DNA of 64,000 nucleotides from Hamiltosporidium tvaerminnensis FI-OER-3-3 (GCA_022605425.2 CM061252.1:558001-622000); one strand, 5' to 3'; positions 37,502 to 53,400 are shown, numbered from the stretch's first letter. Made by a program: numbers and translations. The notes: a model not told the origin generated them from the sequence alone.

Positions 37502-38810
37502 TATGAATATTTTTCGAAATAATATTTATATATTTTCTAAATAATTTAATATCTTTTTATCTATATCAATTTACTTCAATTGAATATTTATATCATTCTA
37601 GTATACATGATATAAATATATTATCGTTTATGATTTTTAATTTAAACCAACTTAAAATGGTTTCGCTTTAATATTAATTTACTGTTTAATTAATTTAATT
37701 TGATTATTTTATTTAAAATGGTCCATCGGCTATGGAATATTTTATTATATACAAATTGAACGAAATTTTCGGAATATTTGGTGGTTTTAAAATTTTGAAT
37801 TTCAAATCCAAAGTACACCAATTCCATTATAGCAGTAACTCAAATTCAATGCATTCTATTATCTCGAATTTCTGTGCTTATAATATTAATAAAATACGGA
37901 ATATTAGCTAAAACGAAACAAGAAAAAGAGAAATATATTCTTATTTGTACGATTGAAAATTTTAAACTTTATATATGATGCAAGCAACTATTAGAGAAAC
38001 TCATTGAAGAAAATAAAATTTACATTCTGAGAATCACATTTGAACTTTTATAAATCGTAAAAATTCAATATATACTATGTAAAAAACGAAGTAAAGAGAC
38101 TAAGAATATATATATTCTTGTATTCAGATATGTCTTCAAAAATCTATCGTGTATTAGATATTTTCGTTAATTGTAAAATATAAAATTTACCAAGTTTTTA
38201 AAACACAGTACAGTAACTCATGTTCATAAACATTTCATTTAATAATGTTTTTTATCCACTTTTCCTATTTTATGCAATACTATAAAATCTACATGCTATC
38301 TATATGAATGGCCCATTAAAATGAATCCAATCCTCTTCCATAATACCTTGGTTTTGCCAAATGATAATCTCATAAAGATAAATAGAATGATCAAAAAATA
38401 TAAAGCAAGTCTCTGTAAATTTTTACTTTTTTTAAATTCTTAGTTCATCATGGTTTAATTTTCTAAAAAAACTTAAAGTTATCCTTTGTACCAAATGTAT
38501 TAATAATAACTTGTAAAAACGTTAAAGTTGAAATGAAAAATTCAAGATTATAACTGAGTATTTTCTTAATACCATTGAAATGTTTTACATCTGCTAAAAC
38601 AAAGTAGTGTATTTTCAACATTACCATGAAATAAACCAAACTATTTTAAATGCAAAAAGAATAAATAAAGAATTTAAAAGAACTCAAAAATATATTCAAT
38701 ATTTTAGCTACAAATCATCAATGTATATTGGAAATAAATAAAATATTTATAAGATCACGAAAAAAAAATACGAATAAAACAAGGCGAATAGCGTGTTCGT
38801 GAAAATATAT

Positions 38811-39048
38811 TCGTTCGTTCATCTTTGAGACTACAGCTCTGCATATTCCTTGGTATTCCTCGTTAATTCCGCCCACTGGTCTCTTTTTAGCGGTGTTCGT
38901 TCGTTTTTTTGGGTTTCATAACAAGGTTAATTTAAAGGTGGGGTGTTAACTCTACGCCCCCCTGAAGAACCAATCCTTTTTAGTCGCCTGTTACAACAAG
39001 CAGAGAATACTCCAAGCTCATTCTGCTCCTGGAATAGTGGGGAATAGG
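38811..39048 (-). mobile_element. RTE-like non-autonomous retroposon, copy 2
   Basis: TSD GAAAATATAT at 38801-38810 and 39049-39058. Confidence 0.75.
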
Positions 39049-39473
39049 GAAAATATATACTTCTTTAAATTGCGCTCATATAAGAAGACCAAAAAATAAC
39101 CAGAAAATATTAAAAAAAGACTTTTATTTATTTATTAATGTGGCTAAAGAGACCGAAATAATACTTTACCTCAAAATATAGAAGAACGGCTAATATTATG
39201 ATAAATTTATGCGGAAGCAAAAATAATTACGCAGCAGGTTAAAAAACAGCGGTATAATCCGGAATAAATAAAATAGAAATAGTCTATCGATTATACATTC
39301 TTTCCTTCTTGCTATCTAAAGATTGTATCCGTTTCCAATATCAAGGTTTTTTTTAATTTAAATCTATATATGAATTTAAAGCAGTAAAAGCATGTCTATA
39401 GAAATAATAAAATATTTTATATACAATTAATTAGAGTATTAATAATAAAAAATAATATTTTTAGTAATGATTT

Positions 39474-39740
39474 TTATTCTGATTTATTTATTGCTTTTAT
39501 GACTTCGTTTTCGAGAAAAACATTTCTTGTGCTGTATAACCCATTAAGGAAATGATTAATATCGTTATTTAATGATTTCTCTTCCTCGTAATCAACATTA
39601 GATTCGGGTATAGATCTACCGAATCTTATATTGCTATTGGTTTTTATTTCGGGTACTTTAATTATAGTTTCTGATAAACAATCATCCGATAAGGTAGAGT
39701 TTCTACATATAATAAATAGATTTAATTTTGAAAGTTTCAT
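39474..39740 (-). CDS. Small hypothetical protein (88 aa), copy 2
   Basis: Identical protein to 21701..21967. Confidence 0.5.
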   Translation of the reverse strand: MKLSKLNLFIICRNSTLSDDCLSETIIKVPEIKTNSNIRFGRSIPESNVDYEEEKSLNNDINHFLNGLYSTRNVFLENEVIKAINKSE

Positions 39741-41047
39741 GTTTATCTTTTGATTTTCGGACGTATTTATACTTTTAAAATCCTAATTTTAATTTATTTA
39801 CAATAATTACATTTAATTTAAATAAAATATTTTTTATAAAAAAATTTAAGTATATCATTTTGTATGTAAATCAAATTATTTAGGAAATTTAGATAGAAAT
39901 TTAATTCAACTTTCTTTTTGTTCTGTTAATTCTTCAAACATGTAGAATGAATTAAAAATGTTATAAATAAATTTATGCTATCATTAGCAAGAAGTCAGAA
40001 ACATCATCACATGAAATTTAGATTAAATATCGAAATTTAGTGATATTTTTATGATTTTATTAAAGTATAAATATTCATTTTTTATCTAAAGTAAATTTTC
40101 ATTTAAAAAAGATATCTTGGAGGTATTAATGTATTTCAAAGCTGTATTTCTCGTCTGTCTTTGCCTATGATAACATTCGTGGATTATATTGCAGTTTATC
40201 TACTAGCTGGCATTTTAGAACTGAATTTTGCAATTTTTTATACCTTTTTTTACAGTATTTTAAATCTATAAGTTAACTTCGCTGTCTTATTTATGAAGTT
40301 TACTTTATATTCAAAAGTTTTTTTTTGCAATTCCTTCCAATACGTTTTTAAATACAACCTATATCCGAATGATTTTGTTTTTTTTAAAATGCACGGTATT
40401 TTTTATCTTGTTTGAAAAATTAAAATAAAATTCTGCAATAAACTTGCCAGTGTGTAACATAGTATAATTTAAGCAGTTCTATCAGGATTTTTTTATAAAT
40501 TCTTTATACTACGCTCGTATAGTTGAAACCAAGCTATATATCTTAAATTATGTCATATGCGAAAAATAATTATCTGTCAACTTTTAATTTTTCATCTCGT
40601 TTATTTTTCAAGTGCATTTCCAATTCATTCGATTAGAATTTGGAGAAACCAAAAATTATATTAGTCAACCATATTCATAGCAATCAAATCCACAATATGA
40701 TTAAACTCATAATAAAATCAAAATTCTTTATATGATATAAATTATGCGATATGAAAAAATGCGAAAAAAAATTTAATTCATTGATTTATGATGTAACTTG
40801 AATCAAATAATTTCATTATGATTTGATAAATTTTAAACGTACGTTTCGAAATTCTTAGATTATATACGAAACCTTTCTAATCAAATAAATATGTTTATTA
40901 AATAGACATAACAAAAAACGAGTTAAATTCTATTTTTTATTTTAAATTGGCTATAAAATGGAACACGTTTCCATCATAAAATATTACAAGTTCGTTTTAT
41001 AACCTCAAATAAAAACAAATTTTAATTTGAAAACTAACAAATTTCTT

Positions 41048-41740
41048 AAAACAGTTACAAGTGTATATTTTTTTTATGAAATTAAAGTAGTTCAGGGATA
41101 ACATAAATAACTGCTGCCTCAACACTCCATAAGTACCCCCTGCGATACCTAAGCCCCAAAGCTTTTCCTCTACCAGGAATGTAGAACCTGAATAATAGAC
41201 GAGCCAGTTACCCGGTGTTCCTTAATTTCCGTTACAAGGTGTGTTATCGCATGTAGAAACCACCCCATGGCGCCCCGATACAAAGCATCATTTTAACATA
41301 TTCTACACTTTCTGAACCCAATAAATTTCTAGCTACGATGAATTTCAGAGACTTAGTTAGGAACCACCTAGACAGTGCGATGTTATACAAACAGGTATAA
41401 CCTGCTATTAAGCTTTCTTGGCTTTACAGAGTTTTATTTTTATATCGAGAGGGTGTTAAGTCTTTCAAGCCGAGTGAACGGCTAGATTTCTCTGCTTTTA
41501 CCTGACGATTACCTAAAGGTTCTGTTGCGTTTTTGATCAAGTTGAAAAAAAAGCTGCAAAACAGATAAATAGAAATGGTTTCGCCATTTTGTAGACAAAT
41601 TTTTATCATATGAAATTTCTTCGAGCAACCGAAAAATTTGTCTGATTCACTTTTCGAAATCCAAACAGCAATCTTCGAGCCAATTTCACATACTCATTAC
41701 CAAGCAGAAGTTTTTAGTGTGGTTATTCACCCACCCTCCA
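41048..41740 (-). mobile_element. ~700-bp dispersed repeat, locus C (unit copy 2)
   Basis: Near-identical to 23275-23967. Confidence 0.85.
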
Positions 41741-44700
41741 TCCTTAAAATATGATAAATACTAATTTCGGCAAACTAATAATGTTTTTTTATAGATTAAT
41801 AATTGAAAAATTCTCATGAGATAACTCGGTATGGTATTATAACCAAATAAGACGAATTTAACCTTAAAATCTTTTCTATATTAGAACGGTAATATGCAAC
41901 TGCAATCATACTAAAACACAGTTGAATCTGGTATTTTTAATTTAGAAAAGTTAATAGAACAAATTAAATAACTATGAAAGTTAGAAAAAAATAAACATAG
42001 ATTTAAACATCAGATAGGACTGTATGCATAGCCTTGTCGTTCAGTACAATAAAATTATTTAAAACGAAAAAATTAAATAAAAAACAAAATATGGAAGTCG
42101 AATTTCAAATAAATGACTTAACAACTTTCCCGATAGACAATGTAAAATATATGTCAAGTTGAAATATTTTTAGAACGAAAATAAGGAGTTTAGTATGAAA
42201 GACCTAAAAATATTTTATAGTATAATTTATGAAAAAAAATACTCAGAAACTCGCTTCTTTGCGCATCAAATTTTGCTAGATGTAACTATCGCGGATTTTT
42301 TTTAGAATGGCCCTCGTTTTGCTATCAATTCTACACATGGTATCATTTTTTTTTGGTTTTTCAACACACGTTTAATGCATCAAAGAGTACGAACCAGTTT
42401 TATTCACTTTTTGCATGTTAATAGTTTTTATCTAAACCTAACAATAGCCAATAAACAAGATATTAAACCTATCTTCTAACAATAAAACTAAACATAAAGA
42501 AGATATTCATATTGTTTATGAGCAACCAAAAAATTTAGCTACGATGAAAGATGGCATAAATATGTAAAGGTTCTTTATTACCCAGCCTGAATGGGTCTGC
42601 CGTTTTCTCAATTTATGAGGAAAAAAGTCAAGGTTAATATCTACTGCGACCGCAAAAAAGATATGAGCTAAGTCTATAGAGGTTGTAATATGTCATTAAA
42701 AAAACCTTTCTAGCGATGAGTTAATTTTCGTCGAAAAAAATGCATTCTAAATAAAAAAATCATATACTTACTAAAGCGAAGCCTGCATTAGTCTTTTAAT
42801 TTCGAATGCGAGATAAAATCTTTTAGCAACTTTTGTAAATTTTACGCTGAGCAAAATTTTTTTGGAAACGTTTCAGAATAGTCATATACTGAACACGGGA
42901 GGTTCTTTTCGAATAAGCTGCTTACATCGACGAGCTTGTAACATATAAAGACGTTAAGAACAACACTTGCTTGATTATTTTGTTGAACTAATATTATTCT
43001 CTGCAAATGTTGTATTGAACCATGGCAATGATGTCCAAAAAAGACAATTCTTAGCCCATTTATGTTTAGAAAATTTTGAGACTGTGACTTCAGTATACTC
43101 AACAACTGCGTTTTTTTTAGTATTTTTGAACCTTCAATCCTTTTATTGGATAGCTTTTTCGCTACGAAGCCCAAAATTCTAGGGCCTCGAAGAGCAAAAA
43201 CAAACTTTTGCTAACAAGATTAGATTCCAAAGCAACTCACTCTTTAATATTTGATGCCCGCGCTATATGTTTTGTTCAATTTATATTCCAGAAAGAGGCT
43301 CGAACTTAAACACTTTAGTCGATTAGCAATTCTAGAAGTTTTGCTAAAAATCATCATGTATCAGATGGGTTTTGTCTTATTCCATCCGACGCTAATTCGC
43401 AGAGTCACTCATATGTATAAAGTATTTTGAGGCGAAGAAGGCATGTTTTTAGCTAATCTCAAAAAAAACATTTCGTAATTTGTATTTAGAATATAAAAAA
43501 CATATTATTAAAGTTTTCGGCTTAAAATTCATTATAGTGACCAGTGGGAATAACATTAAGGCCATTATGAAACATATAAAGACAGAGACGGTAGAAGTAA
43601 TCAAGAAAATCAGTAACTTTACGTTTTTAACACTAAGGGGGAACAATCAGTAGATTTATCCAGTTTGCATAAAAAGTATGTCTTAAATATGAACCGTAAA
43701 ACCTATATAAAGTTCTAAATATCACGTAAATTTTAAATGATTAAAACGTGAAGAAAAGAGGTCATTTAAAATGCTAAGCGAGACTAAAGTGAACCAAGTT
43801 TTTCCTGTGATGCTAATAATGACGTAAAATTCACTTTAGAATGTTATTCTCGTAATTTAATAATGATATAAGACGGTGTAAGAATTAAGACCTAGAATTG
43901 AAATATTTGCTAATTGGAAATAGGAAAGTATTTATGGAAGTTTTTACAAACTTTTTTTGGCTGAATAAAGCGACGGCATGTCCAACAACAAATATAAATT
44001 TTCCGAACGCTTATGTAATTTTACGCTTAATTTGCACCTTTAAAATAAAAGTTTGCTCTACCCGCTGAATGCTTCTATTAAGTCCTATGATGACTTATTT
44101 ATTTTTCAATTTTTGTTTATTATACTATGTTAAATCTATAATAAAGTATGCGATTAAACCAAAATAATAAGTAACAAATGAGAACGATCGCGTCCAATAT
44201 ATTTTTTTTGTATCATTAGTTTAAGAGTTAGATTATATAGCTGTTAGGATAGCCAAAGGATTATTTTAAATGCCTAAGAAATTGTAAAGATGTTTGAAAA
44301 TATATTTTGAAGGTTTTGAACAAATTTTATTAGCTCTTACTTAAAATGGGAAACTATAAATAATTAATTCCGCTTCTTATTTTCGTAAATCCATCTTAGG
44401 TTTGAAATTAATTTAATTCGATACAAAAAGTTTTACATCATAAAAAATTTGACTATTACGATGGGAGAAAAAAGATTCATATCTGTCTCATTCTATAAGA
44501 TTTATGATATCGAAAGTTTCTTATACAATTTAATAAAGAGTTTTTCATATTAAAATCTCTTTCTATATTCACGAAAAATGATACATTTTATCTTCTAATA
44601 AAAAATTAGATTTACATTTTTTTAAAGAAATTAAAAATAGAGGAATGTATAGCTCTTTTTAAATGTTGTAAACAGTTAGGTGTTTTTGATACTTTAAATA

Positions 44701-46202
44701 GATAAAATACATGCAGAATGAAAAGACGTTAGTTTTGCCTAATTATACCTTGGTAGAAATATCCTCCAAAGCCAATCCTAAATACAAAAACTATAAGTAT
44801 TATCTAAATTTATGTTATCCTATACCAGATACGACAATATTAATTATATAGAGGAATTGTGCTGAAACCCATTCTACCTCTCTAAGATTTGAAATTTGGC
44901 TGGCAAAATGATTGAATAATCATCCTAACAAAAATGTATTTTAATGGGAGAAAAAGCAAGAATAAACCTATGATGTTTATAATTTTGGAATTCTAAAAAC
45001 TTATGTTTCTAAAATAAAGTAAATATTGTAGATTTTTAAAGTCAGATTTCCTTAATTTTGCGCTTTAATTCTTAGAAAGTAAAATTAGAGCTATGATTTT
45101 AGAAAACCTAATTAAACCCTGTTCTTAAATACTACAGTTAAATTTAATTATTTTATACATTCTAAATTGGCTTCCTCAAGTTAAATATTTCCTCTATGTT
45201 GGATCTAATCATTTCATGATGTGATTTATACTTTCGCAATAGACATTTATGAATATGATAATCAATTATAACTATTAGAATGCTCACATATAAATATAAA
45301 TTCGATGTTTTAATTTAACCTACCTTTTCGATAAATGTTTTGCTGAATTTCAAATACGCGATTAAGAAGAATATAAATCGATCAACAATAGAAATTAAAA
45401 TGTTTTTTAAGGAATACTAGATGTATTCAAAAGACACAAAATAACAAGGTTTCGTTGAAATTTAAGTAAAAAACACACTCAAGACCTAAAGCATGTTAAA
45501 TTTGTATGCTAGGGGGACATTATAGGAACTTTACTAAAATCATAAAACTGCGCGTATACACAAGAAAGTCATCATTAAGATAACATATAATTATAATAAC
45601 AATGCGAATATTAGATAAAAAAACTAATGACGAATGAACCGTGTACTTTAAATGAATAAAAAAAAGGCATCTCAGTTAATGCACTGCGCAGGAAACGAAT
45701 ATTATGATTGTCTAAAAATAAACAAAAAAGGATTATGAATGAATAAAATAATCAATCTAAACCACTAGAGGGATAAATCTAAAACAATTTTAGTTGAAAC
45801 TATGATAGTTAATTAATTACAAATTCCATGAGCAAATATGTATTCATCGGAAAATTTATCTCCCCAGTAATTTTCATTGGTTTATATATTGAATTTTATC
45901 TTTTTGAATAATAGCTCTCTAATTATCTCCCCTTTTTAAAAAAATGTATGAAGTTATTCCTTATAGAATATAATGAGGATTTTGAATAAATTTATTTTTT
46001 TGAATTTAATAAAGGTTTTAATTATTCGATATTTCTTTAAAAATATATCCAGCAATCGGTCATTTAAACCTATATTGCTTCAATATTTTCAAATCCTTTT
46101 TTGGCATCTTTTATATTTTTTTATCAAAAGTTTAAAAAATAGTAAACCTTATTGATTTTCTAGAAGAAAGATTTCCTAAAATGGTAAAAAATTTGGCCTT
46201 TA

Positions 46203-46222
46203 AGAAATTTCTAGAAAATTCA
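46203..46222 (+). promoter_or_regulatory. Perfect four-unit heat-shock element, copy 3
   Basis: aGAAatTTCtaGAAaaTTCa directly upstream of the ATG at 46234. Confidence 0.75.
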
Positions 46223-46233
46223 AAACTATAAAT

Positions 46234-46680
46234 ATGCCAGAGAAATCCATCCATATGATGAGACGAAAAAACTTCTTTGAGCCGCTTTTTGAGAATGAAA
46301 AGTTTGAGAACGACAAGATGAATATAACATTTAACTTACCAGAGGGAGTTGATCCTAATAACGTAGAAATTAAACATGAAAAGAACGCATACCACATGAA
46401 GTACAAGACAGAAACAAAAGATGAGAAAGATGGTGTTTCTTTTTCTAGTTCCAGTTACGGATATTTCTCGCGATCATTTCCTTTTGAAATAAAGAATCCA
46501 CATGCAGAAGTCAAAGAGAATAAGCTGTTTTTTAGTTTTGATCGAGGGGAAGATACTTCTGGTTTGAAAAGTATTCCAATCAAAAATGGTAATTCGAAAG
46601 AAAAAATAGTCACTAATAAAAAGGAAACAGATAGCAATGCAAGTTGTTCTTCTGGTAAGTGTCAGCATTGTGGAAAGTAA
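46234..46680 (+). CDS. Small heat-shock protein (HSP20), copy 3
   Basis: Identical protein to copy 2. Confidence 0.85.
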   Translation: MPEKSIHMMRRKNFFEPLFENEKFENDKMNITFNLPEGVDPNNVEIKHEKNAYHMKYKTETKDEKDGVSFSSSSYGYFSRSFPFEIKNPHAEVKENKLFFSFDRGEDTSGLKSIPIKNGNSKEKIVTNKKETDSNASCSSGKCQHCGK

Positions 46681-46774
46681 AAAAATAAAAGTAATTTGAG
46701 TAATTTTCTTTGTTATTATTTTATATTTTTCATTTTTTTTAAAAGTTTAAATTTTAAATATGACATATTTTCAG

Positions 46775-47460
46775 AACAGTGACATATTTTATTTATATTT
46801 ATATGAAATATACGCAGTTTTGGGTTTTGCATCTAACTGCCTCTCAATACTCTATCAGTATCTCCTATTATACTACATCTCACGTCCTTCATCTAAAAGG
46901 TGTTAGAAGCTAGTTAATAGGCAAGGCGGTTGCATGGAATTAGTAAATGTTCGTTGCATGATGGGTGACAAAAGGCGAAAACTCATCCTGGGATTCTCTA
47001 AGACTATGCAACATTGCCACCTACCCGTAATTTTATGATCACAATAAACTTCTAGCATAGATATACCTCCAAAACTTACATGGGGTCCACTTAGACATTG
47101 CATGTCATGCCAACAAGTATAACTTGCATCTTATCTCTGCCAGCTTTTAATGGTTTTTATTTTTATATCTCACAGGCGCTAAATCTTCTGATCTGAGTTA
47201 GCAAGGCTACCTTCCATGCTTTACATGACAATTATCTACATTTTCAGCTCCGATCTGCAATCTAGTCCCATAAAAACCAAAAATAAATTTGTAGAATTTT
47301 TTTTGCAATTATAAAGACTTCTTTCTTCTCTTACGAACTCCAATAGACCAATTATAAATATAGTGTAATTTATTGTCACCATAAATCCAAACAATGATCG
47401 TTATATCAATTTAAACTCATCATCGCTAACAGAAAGTTTTGATTTACTTATCTTTTTCCA
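46775..47460 (-). mobile_element. ~700-bp dispersed repeat, locus B (unit copy 3)
   Basis: Near-identical to 29003-29688. Confidence 0.85.
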
Positions 47461-50400
47461 ATTTCTGTATAGAATTATATATTTTTCTAAATAATTCAAG
47501 TAAAAGTCTAGATTTTTCTCAAAAACTACCCATATAATTTGCTATTTTAAAAGCAATTTAATATTAAAAATCAATTTCTTTTTTAGGTTGTATTTTGGTA
47601 AAATTATAATAAATTAGAAAAATACCTATAAAACTATTTAATTAATTAGTATTGTGAATTCCAAGCTTTTTTCTAATTATTTTCAGATGTTTTTTAAAAT
47701 GTATTCTTTCGATTTATAGAACAGGCTCTTTATGTCTGAAACTTTATCTATATTTCAAGTCTAAGCTTTGAGTATTGTATAAAAAGTTTTCTTTTTAGAA
47801 TATATGTAGTAAGTGTATGATTTTTTCGTGTCTTCAGCTCCTTGAATAACCCAGTAGATTCTTTTTACCAGCTTTCTTCAAAATTTGGTTTTAGCTTTCA
47901 ATCTTATCTTGGCCATAAAATATTCTTCCACTATTCTTTGTGTACTATTAGATGAATATTTGCTTAATTTTTACCGAAATTTTTAGGTTCAAAATTTACA
48001 TTTTTTTATATTTAGGGATAAAACATTGCAGTTTATCAGATATATAATGATATGAACACTTCAAAAATGAATGAGAATTTTTCATTAGCCCATAAATCCT
48101 ACTTGTTGGTTTTTCTGTTTTGAAAATAAAGGCTAATATTACGAAGTAATTTCGGCTTCTATAACACTAAAATTTTAATATTCTTCTATAAATTACATAC
48201 TTAATCATTTAATCCCAATCTTGTAAGTTTCTATTCTGGCTCCTAATCATATTTTAAAATACTCATTTTAAAAATCTTCTACACTAAGAAGACTTATGTC
48301 TTATTTAAGGCCAGAATGTATATTTATAAATTAAATTGATGTGGACACAAAACTTTACTTAATGAGTATGATGCAATTTTATGCGGGTGTGTTCTCTAGC
48401 GGCTATTCATTAAATCTTCTAGATTCTGATTGCATTTACTTGGTGTAAACATTTTTTCTATAATCTAAAGATAACTTCTGAATCTGAGATTTAAATAAGA
48501 GTTTTTTATCACATAGGTCGATTTTTTCCGTTTTAAGCCATTTTGAACGCGTAAAAATGTTTATAAACCCAAAATTGCATCATTATATAACTTCGAATGT
48601 AATTTATCAACTTCAATTATATATATAAATTCATCATTAATTTCAAGTTTGAAACTTTATTCGGAATATCACCTAATATAAAATATTAGACATAGATAAA
48701 GCATTTACTTGGTGCAGGGGGTGTTCTATTATCATTTTATACCCTAGTAGTTGCTAAGAAATTTTCTGTTTTTCTTCCATTCTTAAACACTATCGTATAT
48801 TTACCATGAAATACATCTGTTTATCAGCTAAACATTAAAAAAGTTTTCTATGTCTGAGTCTATGGAGTCAAATAAACAATACGTTCGGTACCTTTGTCTC
48901 CTAATTCTTCATGATATGGCATACTTGCAATAGTATAACCGCAAAATAACTGTTTAAAGTCAAAATAATTACACGAGATAGTTGATTTGGGAAATTAAAC
49001 GTCTATTCATTATGTGAATATATTTTTTAAAATAACATTCGAACTACTTAGCTCTGGATTCTTTACCTTACTTCATTTTCGTATCATAAATAGTTGGAGT
49101 GTTTGAGTATTTTTCCATCGTATAATATTAAGTATTTTTATAGATGTTTTGGTTTTTTAAGATTGGCTGTGCCTTTATAACTCTCATTTTTTGTTGCTGT
49201 TTTTTTCTCTTTTGTTTTAAACCTATTCTTAAAGAGTTATTATTGCATGTGTTTTAATCTTTTGATGCAGCATCAACGCTATAAGCTTGCAACAGTATAA
49301 AAAAAGTGAGATATAATTCACGAGAACCTTTATTAGAATGTATAGACTTGTTTGTGTATTTACTATTGTGTTTGGTTTTATTTAATCAATATACAACACA
49401 CAGACTCTAGCAGAAATAATATCTCTTGGCAAAAACTTCTTAAAAAGTCCTTGCTTGTAATCTTGCATTTATATTCTATATAAATTTCATTTCTAGTATT
49501 CCGGCATCAAATATTTCAGTTTATACCGAACAAAGATTGTTAAAAATAAATATTTTATACTAAAGATGTCAAAATAATAGCACATTTTGTAAAATCCATG
49601 TTGTCTTGATTTTTTATTTGTACACTAGAAAGTGAATATTCATATGAGCCTAATTCCTCGGCTACATACATATATCTTGGAGCTTCTAAGATGTTATCGG
49701 CTTTCGCTTTTATGTTGAACGATTCTTTTATACTTTTCTTTGTTATCTTATAGAGGTTTGACATATGGAATATCAACTTGTCGTCCGAGACTTTAAGTAG
49801 CTAATCTTTCGGTATCAAATATGTTGGAACTTCTAAAATATTTCATTACTTATTCTTTTAAAAATATAATTTTGTAATATCAGAGATGATTGCTAGGAGT
49901 TGAAAAGGTTTCTAGATTAAAAAAATTATAATCACAACTATTTCTGCCGCTTAAAACAAAGAGAAGACTAGTTTAATATTAAAAAACTTAGAAACTAAGG
50001 CAACATCGCTACAGGCGGTAGGCGTTATAGAAAAGACTAAATAATCGTTATAGGTGACGATTTATTATTTTTGTTAGACATCCGAATTAAGAACCTTTTA
50101 TTTTAACACGAATATCCATATCCTACTCAAACTCATACATACGAAAGACTAAAATTTAATAGTTTCTGAATGGCTTAAATAAACGGTTGTATCTTCATTA
50201 TTAGTCTTTTTATTTGTTAGTCTTTTTTATTCCGTTTAAATCCTAGTACTTATTCTTAAACGAAAATACAAAAAATTTATTAGCAAATCAAAATTTTTAA
50301 TAAAGTATAGTATTGTGCGCCGGTGACTATGTATTTCAGCAGTAATAGATTTTCTGATGTCTGGTTTTTTAAGTTGATTGTGCGAAATGCTTACTTAGTG

Positions 50401-53400
50401 ATTAAATTTTCTTGTATTCCTTGGTAGCATATTTATTTTAATCACATTTTTTCGCTATTAATAGTAATAGAAAGCTCGTGTGATGTCCGTATGTGCGGTA
50501 ACAAACCTAGATGTGCAAGAGTGGTCTGTTAGCGCCTATTTCATAAATTTAAAATCGGAAAAAAAAATTATTTATTTGGTAAAAATTTTTTGAGTTAGGA
50601 GAGCGACTTGGTAAATATTCTTCTTTATTATTTGATTAATTTCATAAAATCGATGATTTCTAGGTTCAGTACTTATTCTTGTCTATTAAAAAAGATTGCA
50701 CATTAAAAATCAGCGTTTAATTCTCCCCCTTGATTCTGTTCACTGCATTTTCCAAATTCATTGCGTTACACTTTAGAATCGCTTCTTGTTTTAGACTACA
50801 GGCAAGGTTTCATTATAAGAACCATATAGCCTTGTCTAATTTATTCAGTGGTTCTTTAAGATCTTGTTTGAACCTAAAACAAAACATATTCAAAGCCTTC
50901 ATTCTGATCTATCGTTACAAAAGCGAGCTTGAACAGCGTTCCATATATATTTCTTGTTGTGAATATCCAAATACAGTTTACTTTATGCAAGATCGGCTTA
51001 TATGCGAGTTTTAAGTTGAAAGAAACCATATGTAAGGTAAAATTAGATTGTAATACCAGAAAAACGTGCACTATTGCTTTTATATTTTGTTATATCTTAG
51101 GGTTTTTTCGTATTTGAGAGAAAAATTGGGGTACTGGACAATAAATATTTTTTCATGTTTTTGTAAAAGCTTTGCCTTCAATCTCGCATCATCAGCGTCA
51201 TTCATAGCTTTTGTTCTAATTAGATCTTTCTTGCTCTTTCAATTTAGTTCCTTTTCCTCGGAGATATATAATGGTCTTTTCTTTAAAAATATATGTTAAA
51301 AATACACGTAAGCCTAAAATTCTGTGAAAAAAAATATCTAAAAAATATATAATTGTATAATTTGTCAAGTCAAAATGTAAGCTTCGAAAGACTTTAGATG
51401 TCTTGGCAATTCAACGATCATAATTCAGGGTTTCGGTGTTGAAAGCTGAAAATATTTATTTGTATCAAAAATATGTTTTTTGTAAATTTTAGTTCTTTGA
51501 TCTAGATTCAGATGAATATTAATCGGCGTTAAATACTAAATGTAAAACCATGAAATTCTAAGAAGCTTAGATGAAAAATCTGAAAAAAATATGCCGAATC
51601 ATCGCTCAGAATCCGCCAGGATGCTTTAATTCGGAAAACAGACCAAAAATAGATTTAAAAAGACAATCTGTTAAAAAAAATATTTGATCAAAAATGTAAC
51701 AAATACTAAATTAAATATTGCATTTTGAGTAAATTGAATTCGCCCAAACTCAATAGAAATTAAACAAAAAAAGAACTATAAGTTTAATTTTTTATTTCAA
51801 TAACTTATTCTTTATGCCTAAAATTTCGAGATAAAATTTTGCAACTATAAACTGTAAGTAATTTTACATTCTAGATTTAAGTGGATTAAAAACCCATGAG
51901 AAAAATAGAAGATTTGTTAATAGTTTCTCAAGTTTCATTTTGGCAGACGCCATATTTGAGTTACATCAACAGATTTTTTTTTCGGACGTCAATAATAAAA
52001 TTTTTAAAATAAATGCAAAATCATGATCATATATTAGTAGAATATGAATGTATATATTCAATACTAGAATAGATCCAGGTATTCATCCCGAATAAAATAA
52101 TAACAAAAAATTTTTCAATTTATAGAGTGTGATTATTTTGAATTTTTTTAACATCCTTAAACAAATCTAATAGAGGGCTGTAATTGGGTTTCTTGTTATG
52201 ATCAACGACTTTTGTATTGAAGTTCATGAGCAAATACGCATTTAAATATAACTTTATAAAATTCAGGCATAAATTTGCACTTAATTAGCAATAAATTCCG
52301 TGTAAGACTTAAATTTTGTAACATAATATGGATTTAGGTTTATTTTAAAGATTATGTGAATAGATAAGCCAAAAGCCACTGATTATGTTTTTCAAAGAAT
52401 AAACTTGTTCTCAGACCCTAATTTGTTTAGCATCGGAGATTTCTATAATAATATCTGTATTCTTAATAAATTACTTGGAATTATTCCACCGGGTTTATGA
52501 TTTGAAACGATAAAAAGAAAATAACTATAGCTGATAAAACTAAAATTGAATATTTGTGAACTCATTTCCCGTACTGAATTATTTATATTGAAAATATATT
52601 ATTTCTCAAAAAAACATTTCAAATTTTTGTGTTTAACTTTGAACATTTATATCCTATAGAAATTTATCACTATAAAATATATTTTATTTATTCACGTTGG
52701 ATTGATTATGATGTGTTTTAAAACTTTAATCTGAATTATAAGAAGGAATTTATGAGGGATCTATAAAGTATTCTTTTATGTGTATGTCCCCTTAAAAAGT
52801 AAGTAATCACCTATAATTCTATTTCTAATAACTATATCCCGAAAAATTTTCAACTTTCTCTGGTTTCTGATTCTTACAAATAAAAGAATTTTTTGCGGTA
52901 TACCGAGATTTACTTAGTGTATCCACTGTCTAGAATTAAAATTTCCAGAATGATCATCTTAAACGATAATATATATTATTTTTCATATATGAAGATTTCC
53001 TATATGCGCTTGCTTGAATTATTCATAGAAGTTTGTTTCTTACGATTTTGTAAGAAACAACTATAAGCGGTATAATTTATATATACTTCTTAAACTCTCA
53101 ATTCGCCTTAATTTTGCCACACGAAAGTATAGTTCGTAGGAAAAAAATGTTTCATATCTATCCTCATTTTATATCAAAGTAGAAAAAATAAGAATTTGGT
53201 AGATTTTTAATAGCCATTTGCTTACGATTATTTAATGGTGTATTGAACTTAAATCGTTTTTTTAACTCTAAAAGTTTATTAATTTAATAGATATATAAAT
53301 AGCTTGAAGATATCCTAATCTAATATTTTAGATAGCGAATCCAAATATAAAATAATTTTAACTTAGGTATTAAGTAAAGATTGATTTTTGCAGTTTAAAT

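Larger units (their letters stand above)
28334..46105. repeat. Tandem unit copy 2 (~17,772 bp)
   Basis: Junction ggc|ATCTTTTATATTTTTTTATCAAAAG at 28334 and again at 46106. Confidence 0.92.
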